A stretch of 64,000 nucleotides of DNA, taken from the NCBI RefSeq assembly GCF_009914755.1, contig NC_060925.1. One strand, given 5' to 3'. A program made the translations under genes and the position numbers. Of the stretch, positions 60,761 to 64,000 are shown one piece after another (positions within the stretch are counted from its first letter, which is position 1; each line of letters starts with the position of its first letter). The notes beneath the pieces were generated by a model. The model had not been told where the DNA came from and searched no databases. It worked only from the letters and a program-made list of their open reading frames with translations. Source of the DNA: the human T2T-CHM13v2.0 reference genome, Homo sapiens.

Positions 60761-63382
60761 CTGGAGTATTGGGGGTGTGGCCCCTAAGATGAAGGAGCCC
60801 CTCACTGTGGGACCATCACAGCGCCCACCCACTGCAGACACCAGCACCCCTGAAGCTCCAGGGCCCCAACCGTGCCTTACAGGGGTGTCCCTAAAGCTGG
60901 GGACTTCACACCACAGCCTCCTGCTCACTCCCCAGGGCCCTACTGAGAAAGCCATAAGGGACACCAGCCTCTTCCTGTTGTCTTAGGGCTGGAGTCCAGG
61001 ACTCCTGGGCTGTCCAGGCCCCTGCTAGCTGGGCTCCTCTGAACTGCAGGGGCCAGGCACTGCTGGGTGTTAGGGGAATGGGAGCTGTTGGGCAAAGTCC
61101 AGCTGGAGGCTTGCAACAGAAAACTCAGTTCCATCCCTAGAACCCTGGGATGGCAGAGGGGTATGCCTCCTGTGGCCCCACCCATAATCCCCATCCCTCT
61201 TAGCCAGGGTAGAGACCCCTGCTCAGATCCTTGATGAGGACTTCTTGGATCACTCTAAATAAAAGAGCGTAACCTCTTTTCTGGCTTCCCAGCACCCACT
61301 GGCATATGGCCCGCTGGCTGCTAACACGGGCTCTAGAGCCCCACTGCCTGAGCCCGAGTCTGCTGACCCATGGAAGGTGGACTCCTTGAGGATGGGGACT
61401 TTTATCTGTTCACAGCCTCTGCATGAGCTGGAACACTCTCCCCATTTTACAGACAGGGAGACTGAGGTTCGGAAAGGACAAGCGGCTCTTCTAAGGCCAA
61501 ACAGCACATCCACAACAGTACAAGAACCCTCAAATCACTCTCCTCTCTGGGACATCCCACCACCATTTCTTCTGGTTACTAATGTCCCCCTTCCCCAGCC
61601 CCAGACACTGCACCCGTTGCTCTTGTCCCCACAGCCTCCAGAAAAGGCTATGTCCTCCAGGGGAGGCTGTGATTTAAGGTTTGGTTTAAGTGCTGACATG
61701 TGAGTGGGGAGCAGGTGGGGGCAGCGTGGGTGGTGGGGGAAGCGCTTCCCGCCCTGCCAGGCGCCCCATCTGGACAGCGAGGCTGCAACCTGATCTTCGG
61801 GCTGAGAGCTGCTCTATTTCGGGGGTGGCACTGGAGGCCCAGGCACCCTGACTGGGGGAAGGGGTGCCTCCTGCCCCTGCTACAGGCTTGGAACATAGGC
61901 CCTCGCCCGTGGGCCGTTCCAGAGAGCAGGGGCGGGGCACCTCTTCCTGATCCCTGGTGGGCAGACTAGGAAGGCAGGGCCAGGGTCGCAGAGAAAGTCT
62001 CCCTTGCTTCAGGGGCTGAAGGCTCCAGACCCACAGGCAGGGACAGAGGAAATGCGTAGGGGTCCTTGTCACCGCTCTGCCAGCATCTCACTTTGTGACC
62101 TTGGGCAAGTCACTCTCCCTCTCTGGGCCTCAGTGTCCTCATTGGTGTCCTCACTACTTCAGGTCTTATCCAGCTCTGGGATTCCATCTTCTTGGCAAGA
62201 AAGAAAAAGATCCGCATGCTCAAAGATTCTAGGGACAGAGGGGCTGGTTCAGACATTTTAAGATGAAGGGAAGAATTCATGAGTAAAAAGAATGGTTCAA
62301 GCATTCTGAGTTAGTGATATTGGGGTTATTACATGATCACTAGGTGGTCCAGAAAGTATATTTGCCCCTAGAGCACAGCCCATGAGAGTGGAAGCCCTGG
62401 GGGGAGAGGGAGTATGGGAGGGCCAGCAGTGGCCATGACGGGTGCAGGTGGCCCCCCAGGGCTGACCCGATCTGATCCTGAGTTGAGGCCAGGAGAGCAG
62501 CTGATACTCTCTGATTGCCCTGGCCTTTCTGCCAGGACCCACCGGGCTGCTGCTGATGGCAATGTCTGCCAGAGTCGCAGAGCGAGAGTGTGAGCATGGA
62601 CAGAGAGCCCCTGAGGACGCTGGGCTCCTGTCCTGCCTTGCAGCCTCCCAGGCGGGTGCTGGCTGCCTTCCTGGCACAGCCTGGACCCTGGGGAAAAGCT
62701 GCCTTGGGCATAAGCTCTTGTGGAGCCCTGTTGAGCCAGGGCTTCTGGGAAGCTGGTGAGACTGGACCTGGCCCTGGCAAGGTCTGGGTGTGGGGCAGGG
62801 GGGAGGAGCTCCTAGGCCATCCATCCAACCCACGCCCCATGCATGGCTTAACCTCTCGGAGCCTCCACTGCTCCATCTGTAAAATGAGGACACGGGTACT
62901 CCTAGATGAAATGATACAAGCAGAGGACGATGCCTTGCACACCCCACAGTCATGGAGATCTACAGGCTGGGGCCAGGGGCAGCTGGAAGGGAGAGGGACG
63001 CAGGCTCTGTGGGAGGAAGGGGGCACTTCTCAGGGGAGAGGCCTTGGACCTAAGACCCCAGCACCTCCTGCAGGCAGGGCCGGGCCCAAGGGCTCCTGCT
63101 TTGCAGCCCAGGACTTGGTCCAGAACCCCCACAGCTGCCTTTCTTTGCCCCCGAATTTTTAAATATGAAAAATCTCCATTTACCAGTTAATGAAAAGCTG
63201 GATCCAGGGCTGGCTGTAAGAAGGAGGCTGCAGATATAATTCTAGGTCCAGAGACCTGGGGAAGACCGAGTCAGGAGGGGAGCTTGTCTTTCCTCAAGTC
63301 ACACTGAGACCCCGGGAAATAGGAGGGGACGCAGGGGACTGGCAAGTCCCCAAAATGTCCTGGGGCCACATGATTTCAGGGT

Positions 63383-63408
63383 TGTGTGTGTGTGTGTGTT
63401 TGTGTGTG
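63383..63408. repeat. Interrupted (TG)n microsatellite
   Basis: Direct reading. Confidence 0.85.
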
Positions 63409-63679
63409 CAGGAGCTATCTCCATATCAATATTAACTATCTCTGTATTGAGTTTATAATCTATCAATAAGTAGTTTCTTCATCCAAGTTATTTTGCTTCA
63501 CAAAGGGTTTCATTAAGCAAGAAGAAATGTATAATCCAAAAGAATAATATAAAAAATAAAAAATCAGAAGTTTCTGCTGTACATGTGAATGACTGGCACA
63601 GTTTCTGAAAAGTTAATATAAACCTTTTGAAAAATCGGGATTGGGCCTCCTGGTACTGTGGAAAATGCAGGAGATGGAG

Positions 63680-63830
63680 CATGTCATTCGACCTCTCTGA
63701 GCCTCAGTTTCCACATCTGGAAGTTGGGGAGAGCAGTTTCTGTCTCATTGCTGTGATGTGGGGATTAAATGATCAAGTGTTTACAGAGCGCCTGGTCTCT
63801 GCTTGGTGCAGGGGCAGTCACGGGTCCATG
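63680..63830 (+). mobile_element. MIR fragment
   Basis: cctctctgagcctcagtttccacatctggaa...ggggattaaatga. Confidence 0.75.
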
Positions 63831-64000
63831 GAGATGCTTCTTGAAGTTTTGCGCTTGATTTGTGTTGGAAATGTGTCATCCAGACAGGCTTCCTGGAGGA
63901 GGCGTGGCCTTCGAAGCTGTTCTGAGAGTCCAGGTGGGAGCCTGTGGAAACAGGACCAGGAGGAGGAGCCGGGGGCTGTGGGCACCTAGGGTGGGCTACG

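Noticed and set aside
62336-62350. CTCF-like tcactaggtggtcc
   Set aside because: Two mismatches at high-information core positions.

Overview
This is primate, almost certainly human-like, genomic DNA from a GC-rich, SINE-dense region. I recognise no protein-coding exon, RNA gene, CRISPR array or CpG-island promoter, and I cannot name the locus. It reads as intergenic DNA or a large intron. A large part is a layered transposon fossil record: 29 Alus (23 minus, 6 plus; many with readable target-site duplications, several nested), old L1M/L2/MIR/L3 fragments, MaLR/ERVL solo LTRs (MLT1, LTR33-like), hAT DNA transposons (MER58A, MER63, MER5-like) and microsatellites. The ORF track is explained by chance ORFs, Alu-derived frames, low-complexity repeats and one L1 ORF2 remnant. 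The structures least explained by routine annotation are: (1) a ~110-bp, ~85%-identical inverted pair at 41094-41203 / 43296-43406 that I cannot assign to a repeat family; (2) a template-switch-like scar inside a MER63 element at ~48750-49017 (five direct copies, two perfect hairpins, a ~90-bp foreign segment); (3) a three-copy ~200-bp higher-order repeat hidden in a (CCAT)n tract; (4) several homeodomain-motif-dense islands in unique sequence plus a good CTCF-like motif, suggesting a distal regulatory landscape. I found no convincing novel protein-coding system. Repeat subfamily names come from recalled consensus features, and boundaries of old repeats are approximate.
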